NCBI GenBank assembly: GCA_963663475.2
Contig: CAXXJV010000001.1
Location: 736,001-800,000 of the forward strand
From: Candidatus Cloacimonadales bacterium
Lineage (GTDB): Bacteria; Cloacimonadota; Cloacimonadia; Cloacimonadales; JAFGVF01
Length of the DNA stretch: 64,000 nt
Reading direction: 5' to 3'
Positions within the stretch are counted from its first letter, which is position 1. Each line of letters opens with the position of its first letter. Under the pieces are notes generated by a model, which did not search any database, had not been told where the DNA came from, and worked only from the letters and a program-made list of their open reading frames with translations. The translations under genes and the position numbers were made by a program. Shown here piece by piece: positions 30,620-41,210 of this stretch.

Positions 30620-31237
30620 ATGAAAAGATACAATAAGGATACAGAAACTAAGATACTACAAGTAGCAGAGACCATCTTCAGAGAAAAGGGTTATAGTGGT
30701 TGCAAAACTCAAGAAATAGCTGATCGAGCTGGCATTAATAAGGCTCTTCTTCACTATTATTTTAAAAGTAAAAGAGTTTTATTTGAAAGAGTTTTCTTGT
30801 TAGCTCTAGAAGAAGTTTTTCAAGTATTAGCTACTTACCTCAATAGTGATCAACCTTTAATAGAAAAGACTCCTTCTTTAGTAGCATCCTATCTAGAATA
30901 TGCAAGTAAAAATGTAAATCTGTTTGTTTTTGTCATATCAGAAGTATGGCAGAATCAAGATTTCCCTCAGAAATTCGTTCAGGTAGCTTTAGAGAAGGTT
31001 GATTTTAGTAACTTCTTTGCCTCATATAAAAGGGAAGTAGAGGCAGGTATCTTGCGAGATATAAATCCAATTCATTATTTAGTAAATCTAATTTCACTTT
31101 CAATATTTCCATTTTTAATATCTCCAATTATGAAAAACATGTTAGCTACACTAGGAATTTCATCTGCTAGCATTTTGAAAGAACGCCAGGAGATAATAAG
31201 TCAAAGTCTTTTAACTCTAATTACTACTAGGAGCTAG
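30620..31237 (+). CDS. TetR/AcrR family regulator
   Basis: N-terminal HTH: IADRAGINKALLHYYFKSK. Confidence 0.93.
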   Translation: MKRYNKDTETKILQVAETIFREKGYSGCKTQEIADRAGINKALLHYYFKSKRVLFERVFLLALEEVFQVLATYLNSDQPLIEKTPSLVASYLEYASKNVNLFVFVISEVWQNQDFPQKFVQVALEKVDFSNFFASYKREVEAGILRDINPIHYLVNLISLSIFPFLISPIMKNMLATLGISSASILKERQEIISQSLLTLITTRS

Positions 31238-31238
31238 A

Positions 31239-32123
31239 ATGCAAAAATTGTTACTATGTTTAATGGCTGTAACTTTATTATTTGCCTGTGAGAATTCAGA
31301 TAAACTTAGTGATGCTTATGGTAACTTTCAATGTGATGAAGTAATAATAAGCTCAGAAAGTATGGGGCTAATTCAAATCCTTGATATAGAAGAAGGAGAA
31401 GACTTGGAAAGAATGGAAATCATAGCAGTAATAGACACTACTACTAAGCATGATTTAATCGAAGAATTAAAGATCCAGAAGGAACTCCTAGAAATAAAAT
31501 ATGCCAAAGGTTTGGCAGACCAGGGAAAAATAGCTCTGGAATTAGACAAGGCTAAGAAGGATAGCAAACGCTATCAAATTCTCTATTCTCAGAATGCAAT
31601 AGCCAAGGATATTTTGGAAAATTATCAGCATAAGCAAGAACTGCTTGAACAGGATTTAAAGGCATCTGATATTTCACTTTCACTTATAATAAAGGAGATT
31701 GAACAAATTGATATCAAAATAGGGCAAGCAAGTCACCAACTAAAGAAATCATATATTAGAAGCCCAATAAGTGGAAAAGTCATAGCTAAGTATGCCCAAG
31801 CAGGGGAATATGTATCAGTCGGCAAACCCATATGTAAGATTGCTAACTTACAAGCCAGCTATTTACAGGCCTATATCAGTGAGAAACAGTTAAGTCAAAT
31901 TTCTCTTAATGAAGAAGTAACAATATTGTATGATAGCATTTCAGGAATGAATAAACTTAAAGGAAGAATATCATTTATAAGCGATAAAGCAGAATTTACA
32001 CCCAAAACTATTCAGACTAGGGATGAGAGGGCTAACTTAGTTTATGCAATTAAAATTATTTTTGACTATAATAAATCAATAAAAATAGGTATGCCTGCAG
32101 AAGTAGTTTTTAAGGATAGATAA
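31239..32123 (+). CDS. HlyD/YbhG-like membrane fusion lipoprotein
   Basis: Lipobox LFAC, coiled coil, IRSPISG, AEFTPKTIQT and GMPAEV. Confidence 0.9.
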   Translation: MQKLLLCLMAVTLLFACENSDKLSDAYGNFQCDEVIISSESMGLIQILDIEEGEDLERMEIIAVIDTTTKHDLIEELKIQKELLEIKYAKGLADQGKIALELDKAKKDSKRYQILYSQNAIAKDILENYQHKQELLEQDLKASDISLSLIIKEIEQIDIKIGQASHQLKKSYIRSPISGKVIAKYAQAGEYVSVGKPICKIANLQASYLQAYISEKQLSQISLNEEVTILYDSISGMNKLKGRISFISDKAEFTPKTIQTRDERANLVYAIKIIFDYNKSIKIGMPAEVVFKDR

Positions 32124-33058
32124 TGTCAGATAAGGTCCAAATAGATAATCTCCTTTATACATATGGAAGTTTAATTGCTGTTGATATTGGAACTTTACAG
32201 ATAGAAAAGGGAGATCTTTATGGAATAATAGGGGCAGATGGAGCAGGTAAAACCAGCTTGTTTCGCTTATTAGCAAGTCTATATAAACCTAAACAAGGTA
32301 AAATAAATGTTTTTGGTTATGATACAATAAAAGATTATAGCAAGATTCGAGCAATTACTGGTTATATGCCAAGTAAATTTTCCTTATATGAAGATTTAAC
32401 AATAAAAGAGAATATCAAGTTTTTTGCTTCAATATTTGAAACAAGCTTTACTGAGAATTATTCCTTAATTGAAGATATTTATCAAATGCTTAGGCCTTTT
32501 GAAAACAGACAGGCTGGCAAGTTATCGGGAGGAATGAAGCAGAAGTTAGCTTTGTGCTCAGCCCTTATCCATAAACCAAAATTGCTTCTTTTAGATGAAC
32601 CTACTACAGGGGTTGATCCTGCATCAAGGAAGGAATTCTGGGATATTCTGATAAAATTACAGGCAAACGGCATTACAATAATAGTCTCAACTCCCTATCT
32701 TGATGAAGCTCAGATGTGCAATAAAATAGCCCTTATGCATAGGTCAAAAATAATTGTAAAGGGAGCTACTAATGATTTAATAGCAAAGTTTCCTAGAAGC
32801 ATTTTTCATATTAAGTCCATAAATATGCGACAATTACTCCAGTACTTACGCCGATATCCATTTTGTAATTATGCTTACAGCTTTGGAGATACTATTCACT
32901 ATCAAGACATTAGAGATGAGAATGAAGATGAAATTAAGATAGAGATTATGAATTATTTGAGAAATTTAGGTCAGGTTGATATAAGTGTTAAAAAGCAAGC
33001 TCCAACTATAGAAGATGTGTTTATAGATAATCTACAAGGACAGACTTATGATAATTAA
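32123..33058 (+). CDS. ABC exporter ATP-binding subunit
   Basis: GADGAGKT, LSGGMKQ and LLLLDEPT motifs. Confidence 0.94.
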   Translation: MSDKVQIDNLLYTYGSLIAVDIGTLQIEKGDLYGIIGADGAGKTSLFRLLASLYKPKQGKINVFGYDTIKDYSKIRAITGYMPSKFSLYEDLTIKENIKFFASIFETSFTENYSLIEDIYQMLRPFENRQAGKLSGGMKQKLALCSALIHKPKLLLLDEPTTGVDPASRKEFWDILIKLQANGITIIVSTPYLDEAQMCNKIALMHRSKIIVKGATNDLIAKFPRSIFHIKSINMRQLLQYLRRYPFCNYAYSFGDTIHYQDIRDENEDEIKIEIMNYLRNLGQVDISVKKQAPTIEDVFIDNLQGQTYDN

Positions 33059-33761
33059 AGTGGATAAGTTAGTAAAGAAGTTTGGCAATTTTACCGCAGT
33101 TGATGGAATTAGTTTTGAAGTAGATAAAGGGCAAATATTTGGTTTTCTAGGAGCGAATGGAGCAGGTAAGACAACAGCGATAAAAATGCTTTGTGGCTTG
33201 TCAAAACCAAGCTCTGGTTCTGCAATTATTGCAGGGTTTGATGTGGTAAAACAGACTGAAGAAGTAAAACTAAATATCGGTTATATGAGCCAAAAATTTT
33301 CCCTATATGAAGATTTAACAATTGGAGAGAATATAGATTTTTTCGGAGGTCTATATCGTCTAAGAGGAAGAGATTTACAAGATAGGAAGAAGAAGATATT
33401 GCAAGACTTAGACTTGGTAAGTCATAAGAGTAAACTAGTGAAATCTCTTCCTTTAGGTTGGAAGCAGAGGTTAGCATTTTCACTAGCAAGTATTCATAAT
33501 CCTAAAATTCTCTTTCTTGATGAACCTACTTCAGGAGTGGACCCTATTACTCGTAGGCTTTTTTGGGAAATAATTACCGCTACAGCTAATCAAGGAGTAA
33601 CGATTTTTATTACAACTCATTATTTAGATGAAGCAGAGTATTGCGATAGAATCTCCATAATGGTAAATGGTAAAATAGTAGCACTTGATTCACCTGCTAA
33701 TCTCAAGCAAGCATTAAATGTAAAGACGACTGGCGAGATTTTTGCCAAATTAACAAGGTGA
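33048..33761 (+). CDS. ABC exporter ATP-binding subunit 2 (degenerate signature LPLGWKQ, YbhF-like)
   Basis: GANGAGKT, LPLGWKQRL and LFLDEPTSGVD motifs. Confidence 0.94.
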   Translation: MIIKVDKLVKKFGNFTAVDGISFEVDKGQIFGFLGANGAGKTTAIKMLCGLSKPSSGSAIIAGFDVVKQTEEVKLNIGYMSQKFSLYEDLTIGENIDFFGGLYRLRGRDLQDRKKKILQDLDLVSHKSKLVKSLPLGWKQRLAFSLASIHNPKILFLDEPTSGVDPITRRLFWEIITATANQGVTIFITTHYLDEAEYCDRISIMVNGKIVALDSPANLKQALNVKTTGEIFAKLTR

Positions 33762-33768
33762 AAGAAGC

Positions 33769-34869
33769 ATGCATTTTATAAATTTCATCAAGAAAGAATT
33801 TTTACATATTTTCCGAGATTCTAAGAGTTTAGTTATTCTCTTTGCCTTGCCAGTTATTCAAATAATATTATTTGGTTTTGCTTTAAGTAACGAAATAAAG
33901 GATGTGAAATTTTCTGTGTTAGATAAGTCTAAATCATTTGTATCACAAAGACTTATCAATAAAATAAATGCAAGTGAATATTTTAGTTTGCACGCTTATC
34001 TGAAAAATCAAAGTATGGTTGAAGAAAGTCTTATAAGTAATAAAAGCAAGTTTGTAATTGTCATTGATAGTAATTTTGCTAACCTTCACCCTCAGACAAG
34101 ACCAGGGGAAATACAACTTCTCTTAGATGCTTCTGACCCTAACATGGCTAGGAATATCAAAGGTTATGTAAATAATATTCTAGCTGATTTCCTAAAGCAG
34201 GAATTCCCACAAGTCAAGTCTGAAGAATTACAAACTGTAAAAATGTTTTATAATCCACAAGTTAAAAGTTCTTTTTTCTTTATTCCTGGTCTGATGGCCT
34301 TTATTCTTACTCTTATCTCAGCCTTCATGACCTCAATATCTCTTACTCGAGAAAAAGAACTTGGTAATATGGAAATCTTACTTATCTCACCCTTAAAACC
34401 TTATCAGATAATTATTGGAAAGGTTATTCCTTATGGTTTTCTTTCTCTAGTTAATATCGCTAATATCCTACTTTTGGGAAAATTTGTATTTGAAATGCCA
34501 ATTAATGGCTCCTTAGGATTACTTATTCTAGAATCATGCCTTTTCTTGCTGAATAGTCTCTCCTTAGGAATTCTTATTTCTTCATTCACTAGCTCTAGAC
34601 AAGTAGCTATGATGATTGCTTTGGCTGGTTTATTACTTCCTACTATGCTCTTGTCTGGTTTTATTTTTCCTCTTAGTAATATGCCAAAAGCCTTACAATA
34701 CCTATCACAAATAATTCCTGCTACTCATTTTATTACAATACTCAAGGGAATTATGATTAAAGGAAATACTATTTCTTACTTAATAAAAGAAACTAGTATT
34801 TTGGTCTTACTGACCCTTATTTTTATAGTAATTTCTATCAAAAAGTTCAATGTGAGGCTAGATAAATGA
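33769..34869 (+). CDS. ABC-2 type permease (YbhS-like)
   Basis: KEF-HIFRD, REKELG-ME and LSGFIFP--NMP motifs. Confidence 0.9.
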   Translation: MHFINFIKKEFLHIFRDSKSLVILFALPVIQIILFGFALSNEIKDVKFSVLDKSKSFVSQRLINKINASEYFSLHAYLKNQSMVEESLISNKSKFVIVIDSNFANLHPQTRPGEIQLLLDASDPNMARNIKGYVNNILADFLKQEFPQVKSEELQTVKMFYNPQVKSSFFFIPGLMAFILTLISAFMTSISLTREKELGNMEILLISPLKPYQIIIGKVIPYGFLSLVNIANILLLGKFVFEMPINGSLGLLILESCLFLLNSLSLGILISSFTSSRQVAMMIALAGLLLPTMLLSGFIFPLSNMPKALQYLSQIIPATHFITILKGIMIKGNTISYLIKETSILVLLTLIFIVISIKKFNVRLDK

Positions 34870-35951
34870 CAAATCTCTTCATCTTTGTTAAAAAAGAACT
34901 TAAGCAAATATTTCGTAATAAGGGTATGCTACCTATTATCTTTATAATGCCTCTTATTCAACTTTTGATTCTAGCTAATGCTACTAACTACGAGATTAAG
35001 AATATTAATGTAGCAATACTTGACTATGGCAAGAATGATTTTGTAGTAGAACTTTCTTCTAAACTTAATCATAATGCTACTTTTACTGTTAAGACAATTG
35101 TTTACGAGTACCCATCAGCAATAAGTTTTTTAGATAAGGGGCAGGTAGATGCTATAATTTCTTTTGCTAATGATTTTTCTTTTACCTCTAACCCTGAAAA
35201 TGCTCAAATCCAAGTTATTGTTAATACCATTGATGGTGCCTCTTCGGCTATTATTCTTAGTTATCTGTCAGACTTCTTACAGGATTACTTAAAGCAAGAT
35301 GAAAATCCTCCTTTGCTAGATGTCCATTTTACTAATAAATTTAATGCAAAGTTAGACTATAAGACTGTTATGGTACCAGGAATTCTCGTTGTTCTTGTCA
35401 CAGTTATAAGCGTATTCTTAACAGCCATGAATGTCGTTAGGGAGAAAGAAATTGGTACTATTGATCAACTAAATGTATCTCCTATTACCAAGCTTGAATT
35501 CATCGGAGGGAAGCTAATTCCTATGGCCATTATAGGATTAGGAGAACTAATTGTTGGTATTATTTTAGCAAGACTAATTTATGGCCTTCCTTTTGTGGGA
35601 AATCCTCTTACTATTCTAGTTTTTGCTCTTGCATACTTGTGGCTAATGCTGTCTTTAGGCCTTCTCATTTCAACGAAATCTGATAGCCAACAGCAGGCAA
35701 TACTAATTGCTTATGTCTTTTTAGTGATCTTTATTATGTTCTCTGGCCTTTTCACTTCTACAGAAAGCATGCCTAGATGGGCAAATTATATTTCACAGTC
35801 AATACCTGTTACCCATTTTATTAAGGTTATGAGATCTGTAATGCTTAAAGCTACTCCTCTTGACTACCTGTTAAAAGAACTTGCTATCCTCTTATCTATG
35901 GCAGGAATATTATTTACTTTAGCTCTTTGGGCATATAAGAAAGAAGATTAG
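34866..35951 (+). CDS. ABC-2 type permease (YbhR-like)
   Basis: KKELKQIFR, VREKEIGTIDQL-VSP and SGLFT--ESMP motifs. Confidence 0.9.
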   Translation: MTNLFIFVKKELKQIFRNKGMLPIIFIMPLIQLLILANATNYEIKNINVAILDYGKNDFVVELSSKLNHNATFTVKTIVYEYPSAISFLDKGQVDAIISFANDFSFTSNPENAQIQVIVNTIDGASSAIILSYLSDFLQDYLKQDENPPLLDVHFTNKFNAKLDYKTVMVPGILVVLVTVISVFLTAMNVVREKEIGTIDQLNVSPITKLEFIGGKLIPMAIIGLGELIVGIILARLIYGLPFVGNPLTILVFALAYLWLMLSLGLLISTKSDSQQQAILIAYVFLVIFIMFSGLFTSTESMPRWANYISQSIPVTHFIKVMRSVMLKATPLDYLLKELAILLSMAGILFTLALWAYKKED

Positions 35952-36070
35952 AGAGCCTTTTGTTTGGTGGAACAAATAGTAAATCTCCAAATGGCTAAAT
36001 TATTTTATCCCTTTCAGGGATTTTTGATGAATCAATATACTAATGAAATATTCTCATTTTCCTATATTAT

Positions 36071-36135
36071 CCCAAATAATGCAATAGTTCTTTGAGAATA
36101 GCACTCTTCTCTAAAGCTCTATTGCACCATTTGGG
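36071..36135. mobile_element. 65-bp MITE with terminal inverted repeats and a target duplication
   Basis: CCCAAATAATGCAATAG...CTATTGCACCATTTGGG is flanked by ATTAT/ATTAT; the homologous empty site lies at ~6742-6843 (reverse strand). Confidence 0.8.
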
Positions 36136-36189
36136 ATTATTCCCACCAGACTTGAACTTGAACCTATATACTATCTGGGTTTAAGCCAT

Positions 36190-36218
36190 AAAAAAAGGGT
36201 GAATATTATTTCACCCTT
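36190..36218 (-). terminator. Intrinsic terminator of the ptb-ending operon
   Basis: AAGGGTGAA-TATTAT-TTCACCCTT hairpin preceded by an A-run on the + strand (T-run on the - strand). Confidence 0.8.
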
Positions 36219-36249
36219 ATAAAATTATTATTATTTTATCTATTTGGGA

Positions 36250-37152
36250 TTAATTATTAGATACCAATAAGCCCATAGCCATACAAAGCATTTTAGTTTC
36301 ACCTGAATCAGCTCTTGAAGGAATTAGAATAGGCACTTTAGTACCCATTACAGCATGAGCTACTCTATAATTACAGTAATAAGTTAGCATTTTACCATAA
36401 ATATTTCCCGCTTCAATATTAGGAACTATCATAACATCAGCTTTACCACCAACTGGTGACTCTATACCTTTAATTTTACAGGCTTCTTCATCAATAGCAT
36501 TATCAAAAGCCAATGGACCATCAACAGTACAGCCTTTTATTTGACCTCTTTTATTCATAGCAGAGATAAGAGCTGCATCTATAGTTGCTGGCATTTTTGG
36601 ATTTACTTTTTCTACTGCACAGATTAAAGCTACTTTAGGATCCTCAATACCGAAAGCACGAGCTACTTGAGCTCCACTATTTACAATTGCTACTTTTTCA
36701 GCTAAATCTGGCAACAAGTTGATGCCTCCATCTCCCATGAATAGTATCTTTTCTGGATGTTCGTAAGCTAGAATATCACAGATAACTTTACTTGTTCTGA
36801 TGCCATTTTCCTTATCAAGAACAGCTTTTAGTAAGAGGGCTGTATCTGCTTTTCCTTTAAGGATAACATGTCCTTTATTTTCTTTAGCTAATCTTACACT
36901 CTCTTTACAAGCTGCTACTAAATCACTGCCAGTATCGACAATCTCAAAAGTATCAGCTATTTCAGGAGCCATAGACTGTAATAGATGTTTAATTTTCTCA
37001 GCATCTCCAACCAGAATACTGTCGCAAAGACCTTCAGTTTTTGCTAGAATAGCTGCTTCAATAGGAAGTTCTCCTTGAGCACCTGCAATGATGGCTCTTT
37101 TACCTTCTATAGCCTTAGCCGCTTCTAACATTTCTGTAAAGTTCTTAATCAT
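36250..37152 (-). CDS. ptb: Phosphate butyryltransferase / phosphate acyltransferase (PTA/PTB family)
   Basis: LKG--T--LLKAVLD, E-VNPKMP-T-DA, VDGPLAFDNAI, PNIEAGN and SRAD motifs. Confidence 0.85.
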   Translation of the reverse strand: MIKNFTEMLEAAKAIEGKRAIIAGAQGELPIEAAILAKTEGLCDSILVGDAEKIKHLLQSMAPEIADTFEIVDTGSDLVAACKESVRLAKENKGHVILKGKADTALLLKAVLDKENGIRTSKVICDILAYEHPEKILFMGDGGINLLPDLAEKVAIVNSGAQVARAFGIEDPKVALICAVEKVNPKMPATIDAALISAMNKRGQIKGCTVDGPLAFDNAIDEEACKIKGIESPVGGKADVMIVPNIEAGNIYGKMLTYYCNYRVAHAVMGTKVPILIPSRADSGETKMLCMAMGLLVSNN

Positions 37153-37164
37153 TTCTCCTCCATT

Positions 37165-38025
37165 TTATATATCTTGATTTTTAAAATATTCTTCAAACTT
37201 TTCTTTGTGGTGGGATATTTTTTCTCTAATCTTCTCTAAGGCTATGATTTGTAACTGCCTCACTCTTTCTCTTGATAGACCCATTTTTTCCGCTATTTGG
37301 GCAAAATTTTCAGATTTATTATTCTTGAGTCCAAAATAAGAGTTAATAATAAATTTTTCTCTTGGACTCAATGATTCAATTGCATTATCAATTTCACTAG
37401 AGATTTTTTCTTTATAATAAATAGATTGGGGATCTTGAGATTCTGTATTGCTAATAAAATCCCCTAAAGAAAGATTATCATCTGATCCTATCTTAGAATC
37501 CATTGAAAGAGTATCTACAATTTGATGCTTTAATTTCTTAATGATTTTCTCATTTATATCAGTATTATTACTGAGTTCATGGTCTGAAGCATGCCTACCT
37601 GTTTTGGTATAAATAGAAGACTCTGTAGATTTAAGTTTATAGGCAGTGTTTATCTTGCCCAAAGGAACCTTAATCATAGAACTTCTTTCTGCTACAGCCT
37701 GCATTATCTTCTGTTTAATCCACCAAATAGCATAAGAAATAAGTTTGATATTCTTATCAGGATCAAATTTTTGAATTGCTCTTATTAGCCCTAAGTTACC
37801 TTCACTAATAAGTTCAGATAAGGTTAAACCTCTATTCTGATATTTGGCAGCAATTTTTACCACGAATTTTAAGTTTGCTTGAAGAAGTTTATTCATGGCA
37901 TCTTGGTCTCCCTTGGCGGCCTTTACTGCAAGTTCATTTTCTTCTTCTCTGGTATAGGTACCAAATTTCGATATCTGGTTTAAATAGCTCTGAAGAGCCT
38001 TATCTGTAAAAACATTTTCACTCAT
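37165..38025 (-). CDS. Sigma-70 family alternative sigma factor (regions 1.2-4, no region 1.1)
   Basis: YLNQI, ANLKFVVKIA, EGNLGL-RA--KFDP, SYAIWWIKQ and SRERVRQ motifs. Confidence 0.92.
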   Translation of the reverse strand: MSENVFTDKALQSYLNQISKFGTYTREEENELAVKAAKGDQDAMNKLLQANLKFVVKIAAKYQNRGLTLSELISEGNLGLIRAIQKFDPDKNIKLISYAIWWIKQKIMQAVAERSSMIKVPLGKINTAYKLKSTESSIYTKTGRHASDHELSNNTDINEKIIKKLKHQIVDTLSMDSKIGSDDNLSLGDFISNTESQDPQSIYYKEKISSEIDNAIESLSPREKFIINSYFGLKNNKSENFAQIAEKMGLSRERVRQLQIIALEKIREKISHHKEKFEEYFKNQDI

Positions 38026-38050
38026 ACATTTCTCCTAATATCTGGCTAAG

Positions 38051-39031
38051 TTAAATCTTCTCAAGGGAATTAATTTCCCTGATGATTTCTGCCGGGTCAA
38101 TAGGTTTATTGGCTACTCTAATCTCAAAATGAAGATGAGGACCAGTCGATCTTCCAGTTGAGCCTAACCGGGCAATTACATCACCCTTATTTACTGTATC
38201 ACTTTTTTTTACTAAATTAATTTCGTTATGGGCATAGACTGTTACCACATCATTACCATGTTCAATTAGGATGATATTCCCATAATCTTTCATAAAGCCA
38301 GTATAAGATACTCTTCCAGAAAAAGCAGCTTTAATCTGACTTCCCGGAGGAGCTGAAATATCTACCCCTTTATGAAGTCTGCCACCCCGCATCCCAAATG
38401 GAGAAGACAGTCTGCCTGAAACTGGTAAGATAAAGGCTGACTTCCATTCCTGAGGGAAGGTCTTAGCATCACCTGCATTGGGTGATGAATACTTGCTCGG
38501 AGATTCAGTCTTAGTATCTTTTTTAGCTAATTTATTACTTTCTTTAGCTTTGGCTAAATCACTCTTCTGTTCTTTTTTTGTTTCATATTTCTTGATATAG
38601 AGCTTTTGGTCTATACTGATAAGGTCACTTGTTAGGTTATTTAATTCTTTTATCTGAGAAATAGTAAGACCAAAATTCCTACTTATTCTGTAAAGGTTAT
38701 CACCAGCTTGCACCCTATAAATTAAACCATCATGAACTTTACTTGTTTTGTAGTTTTTCTCTACTGACTCATTATCAACAATTATAGTTTCTTTCTTTGA
38801 TAAGTCATGATTTGGTAAAGGGATAAAAAGCTTTTCTCCAATTATTAAATCATTATAATATTTGTCATTATAATACTTTATATCAGATATAGAAACCTTA
38901 TATTCTTGACTAATTTTAGTTAAGCTATCTCCTTTTTTTACAATATAAATAAAACCTGAACTTTTCCCCTTGTTCAATGAACATGCAAAGATACTTAGAA
39001 ATATTAAGATAACTAATAACCTTTCTTTCAT
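38051..39031 (-). CDS. LysM x2 plus M23 peptidase lipoprotein (NlpD-like)
   Basis: Lipobox IFAC, two LysM repeats, and HKGVD, YAH and GPHLHFE motifs. Confidence 0.9.
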   Translation of the reverse strand: MKERLLVILIFLSIFACSLNKGKSSGFIYIVKKGDSLTKISQEYKVSISDIKYYNDKYYNDLIIGEKLFIPLPNHDLSKKETIIVDNESVEKNYKTSKVHDGLIYRVQAGDNLYRISRNFGLTISQIKELNNLTSDLISIDQKLYIKKYETKKEQKSDLAKAKESNKLAKKDTKTESPSKYSSPNAGDAKTFPQEWKSAFILPVSGRLSSPFGMRGGRLHKGVDISAPPGSQIKAAFSGRVSYTGFMKDYGNIILIEHGNDVVTVYAHNEINLVKKSDTVNKGDVIARLGSTGRSTGPHLHFEIRVANKPIDPAEIIREINSLEKI

Positions 39032-39297
39032 CTTATGGTAAATCCATCTAAACTATCTTCTAAAGGGATTTCAAAAGATGTTACCTGCTTAACTCTTGAA
39101 AAGAGATTACCTTTTCTTACTTCATGTATAAAAGCCTCAATTGCAGTAGAATCTCCTGTCGCTAAAATATAAACATCACCTGAGTATCTGTTTTTAACAT
39201 ACCCTGAAATATTAAATTGGTGAGCAAGGTTGAAGACAAATCGTCTAAAACCAACACCTTGAACTTTTCCAGTAACTACAATTTCGCAACTTATCAT
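39028..39297 (-). CDS. acyP: Acylphosphatase
   Basis: GKVQGVGFR and GYVKN motifs. Confidence 0.93.
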   Translation of the reverse strand: MISCEIVVTGKVQGVGFRRFVFNLAHQFNISGYVKNRYSGDVYILATGDSTAIEAFIHEVRKGNLFSRVKQVTSFEIPLEDSLDGFTIR

Positions 39298-39391
39298 AAT
39301 ACAAGATTACGAAAACAAGGAAATAAGTGTCAAGATAAAAATTTATAATTTATAAAAACCTATGATAAAACTTTTAATAAGAGTAATATTT

Positions 39392-39528
39392 TAAACCAAA
39401 TAATGCACTCTTCTCTAAAGGTCTACTGCTCCCTTCTGTTTAACCCAGATAGTGTAGTAGAGCTTTAGTGAAGAGTGCAGAAGAATATAGTGCTATTCAC
39501 AAAGGTCTACTGCACTATTTTGGTTTAA
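39392..39528. mobile_element. Tandem MITE-like copies, TIR family AACCCAGATAGTGTAGTAG
   Basis: TTAACCCAGATAGTGTAGTAGAGCTTT ... AAAGGTCTACTGCACTATTTTGGTTTAA, preceded by a degenerate copy. Confidence 0.65.
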
Positions 39529-40158
39529 TTACTCTAGATAATCATCTTCTTGCTTAAGCTTTGATTTTAGGTATTGGGAAAAATCTGAGTAATTAAAGCC
39601 CTTCCTCATCATATAAGAAGCACATTTATTGTAGATATCCTTAGCCCCCCTGTTTCTATAAATCTTGATTGCTTTGTCTAAATTATCTTGAATGATACTC
39701 CACTTAGCTTTGCTACTATACTGGTCTTCTAACTCTCTGTCTATCAATTCTTGCGTAAGGCCTTTATTGCGAAGCTTATATTTTATTTCACTCTTACTCT
39801 TACCTAAATCAATCAGTGATCTAACATATAACTCAGCTAATCTACTATCTGATATAAAATTCTTTTCTAAACAAAAGCTGATTACTAAATCAATTAATGA
39901 TTTATGAAGCTTTAATTTCTCCAGATACTTGCGGGATTCATATTCAGAGTGCTCTTGCTTAGCCAGGTAGGTGAAAAGCCTGTCTCTAGAATACTTATAT
40001 AACAGGTCTTTAATCTCCTTGAATTCTTCATTATCAATTTCTGTTTTTGTCCACAATGATTTGAGGAGCTTTTTAGGTAAAACTCCCCAAATTCTATCAT
40101 CAATATAAACTTCAAAAAGACTTTTCGAGTTAAATCTAGCTTTAAAACTAATCTTCAC
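39529..40158 (-). CDS. recX: Regulatory protein RecX (probable GTG start overlapping the recA 3' end)
   Basis: Directly downstream of recA; YL----HSE-E, FISD-RLA--Y, L--KG and Y-MRKGF motifs. Confidence 0.85.
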   Translation of the reverse strand: MKISFKARFNSKSLFEVYIDDRIWGVLPKKLLKSLWTKTEIDNEEFKEIKDLLYKYSRDRLFTYLAKQEHSEYESRKYLEKLKLHKSLIDLVISFCLEKNFISDSRLAELYVRSLIDLGKSKSEIKYKLRNKGLTQELIDRELEDQYSSKAKWSIIQDNLDKAIKIYRNRGAKDIYNKCASYMMRKGFNYSDFSQYLKSKLKQEDDYLE

Positions 40159-41197
40159 TTTCAGAATCTGAGTCTTCACCTTGATCTTCAAAATGTTCAG
40201 GTGAGACAATTTCTAATAGTTTAGCCTTGATTTCTTCTTTTAATTCAAGGTTTTCATTTAAGAAGTCCTTTGTTTTCTCACTACCTTGTCCTAATCGAAT
40301 ATCACCATAAGAGAACCAGGAACCAGCTTTTTTAACAATATCATTATTTACCGCAAGATCTAAAAGAATGTCTTCAGTAGAAATACCAATACCAAATATG
40401 ATAGGGAATTCAACTTTCTTGAATGGAGGAGCAAATTTGTTTTTAACAATTTTTACCCTAGTTTTAGCTCCTGAAACTTCTCCTTCCCCTCCAGTAGCTT
40501 TGATTGAACCAACAGATCTTACTTCAAGTCTAAGCGAAGAATAGAACTTAAGGGCAACACCACCAGTGGTAGTCTCAGGATTAACATAAGGTGGAACTCC
40601 AATCTTCATTCTAGTTTGATTAATGAAGATTACAGCTGTGTTTGACTTAGATACAATAGATGTTAACTTTCTAAGTGCTTGTGACATTAATCTTGCTTGT
40701 AGGCCAACATGGGCATCACCCATGGAACCTTCAATTTCTTGTCGAGGTACTAGAGCAGCAACTGAATCAACAACTATTAAGTCAATTGCATTACTTCTAC
40801 ACAAGTGTTCAACTATCTCAAGTGCCTGTTCTCCTCCATCAGGTTGTGAGAGAAGAAGTCTATCAGTATTAACACCAAGTTTTTTGGCATAAACTGGATC
40901 AAGAGCATGCTCTGCATCAATGAAAGCTACCTCTCCATCTAATTTTTGAGCTTCAGCTACTATGTGTAGAGATATAGTTGTCTTACCTGATGCCTCTGCT
41001 CCATAGATTTCTGTAATTCTACCTCGAGGAATACCTCCTATTCCTAAGGCTACATCTAAGTTTAGTGCTCCAGTTGGAATCACATCTACAGCAAGTTTTG
41101 GCTTGTCTCCAAGACGCATAATTGCTCCAACACCATATTTCTTCTCAAGTTGTTGTAAGGCTGTTTTTAAGGCAGTATCTTTTGATTTATCGACCAT
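40148..41197 (-). CDS. recA: Recombinase RecA
   Basis: [26 protein letters not shown] and [10 protein letters not shown] motifs. Confidence 0.99.
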   Translation of the reverse strand: MVDKSKDTALKTALQQLEKKYGVGAIMRLGDKPKLAVDVIPTGALNLDVALGIGGIPRGRITEIYGAEASGKTTISLHIVAEAQKLDGEVAFIDAEHALDPVYAKKLGVNTDRLLLSQPDGGEQALEIVEHLCRSNAIDLIVVDSVAALVPRQEIEGSMGDAHVGLQARLMSQALRKLTSIVSKSNTAVIFINQTRMKIGVPPYVNPETTTGGVALKFYSSLRLEVRSVGSIKATGGEGEVSGAKTRVKIVKNKFAPPFKKVEFPIIFGIGISTEDILLDLAVNNDIVKKAGSWFSYGDIRLGQGSEKTKDFLNENLELKEEIKAKLLEIVSPEHFEDQGEDSDSESED

Positions 41198-41210
41198 TTT
41201 AATTCCTTTA

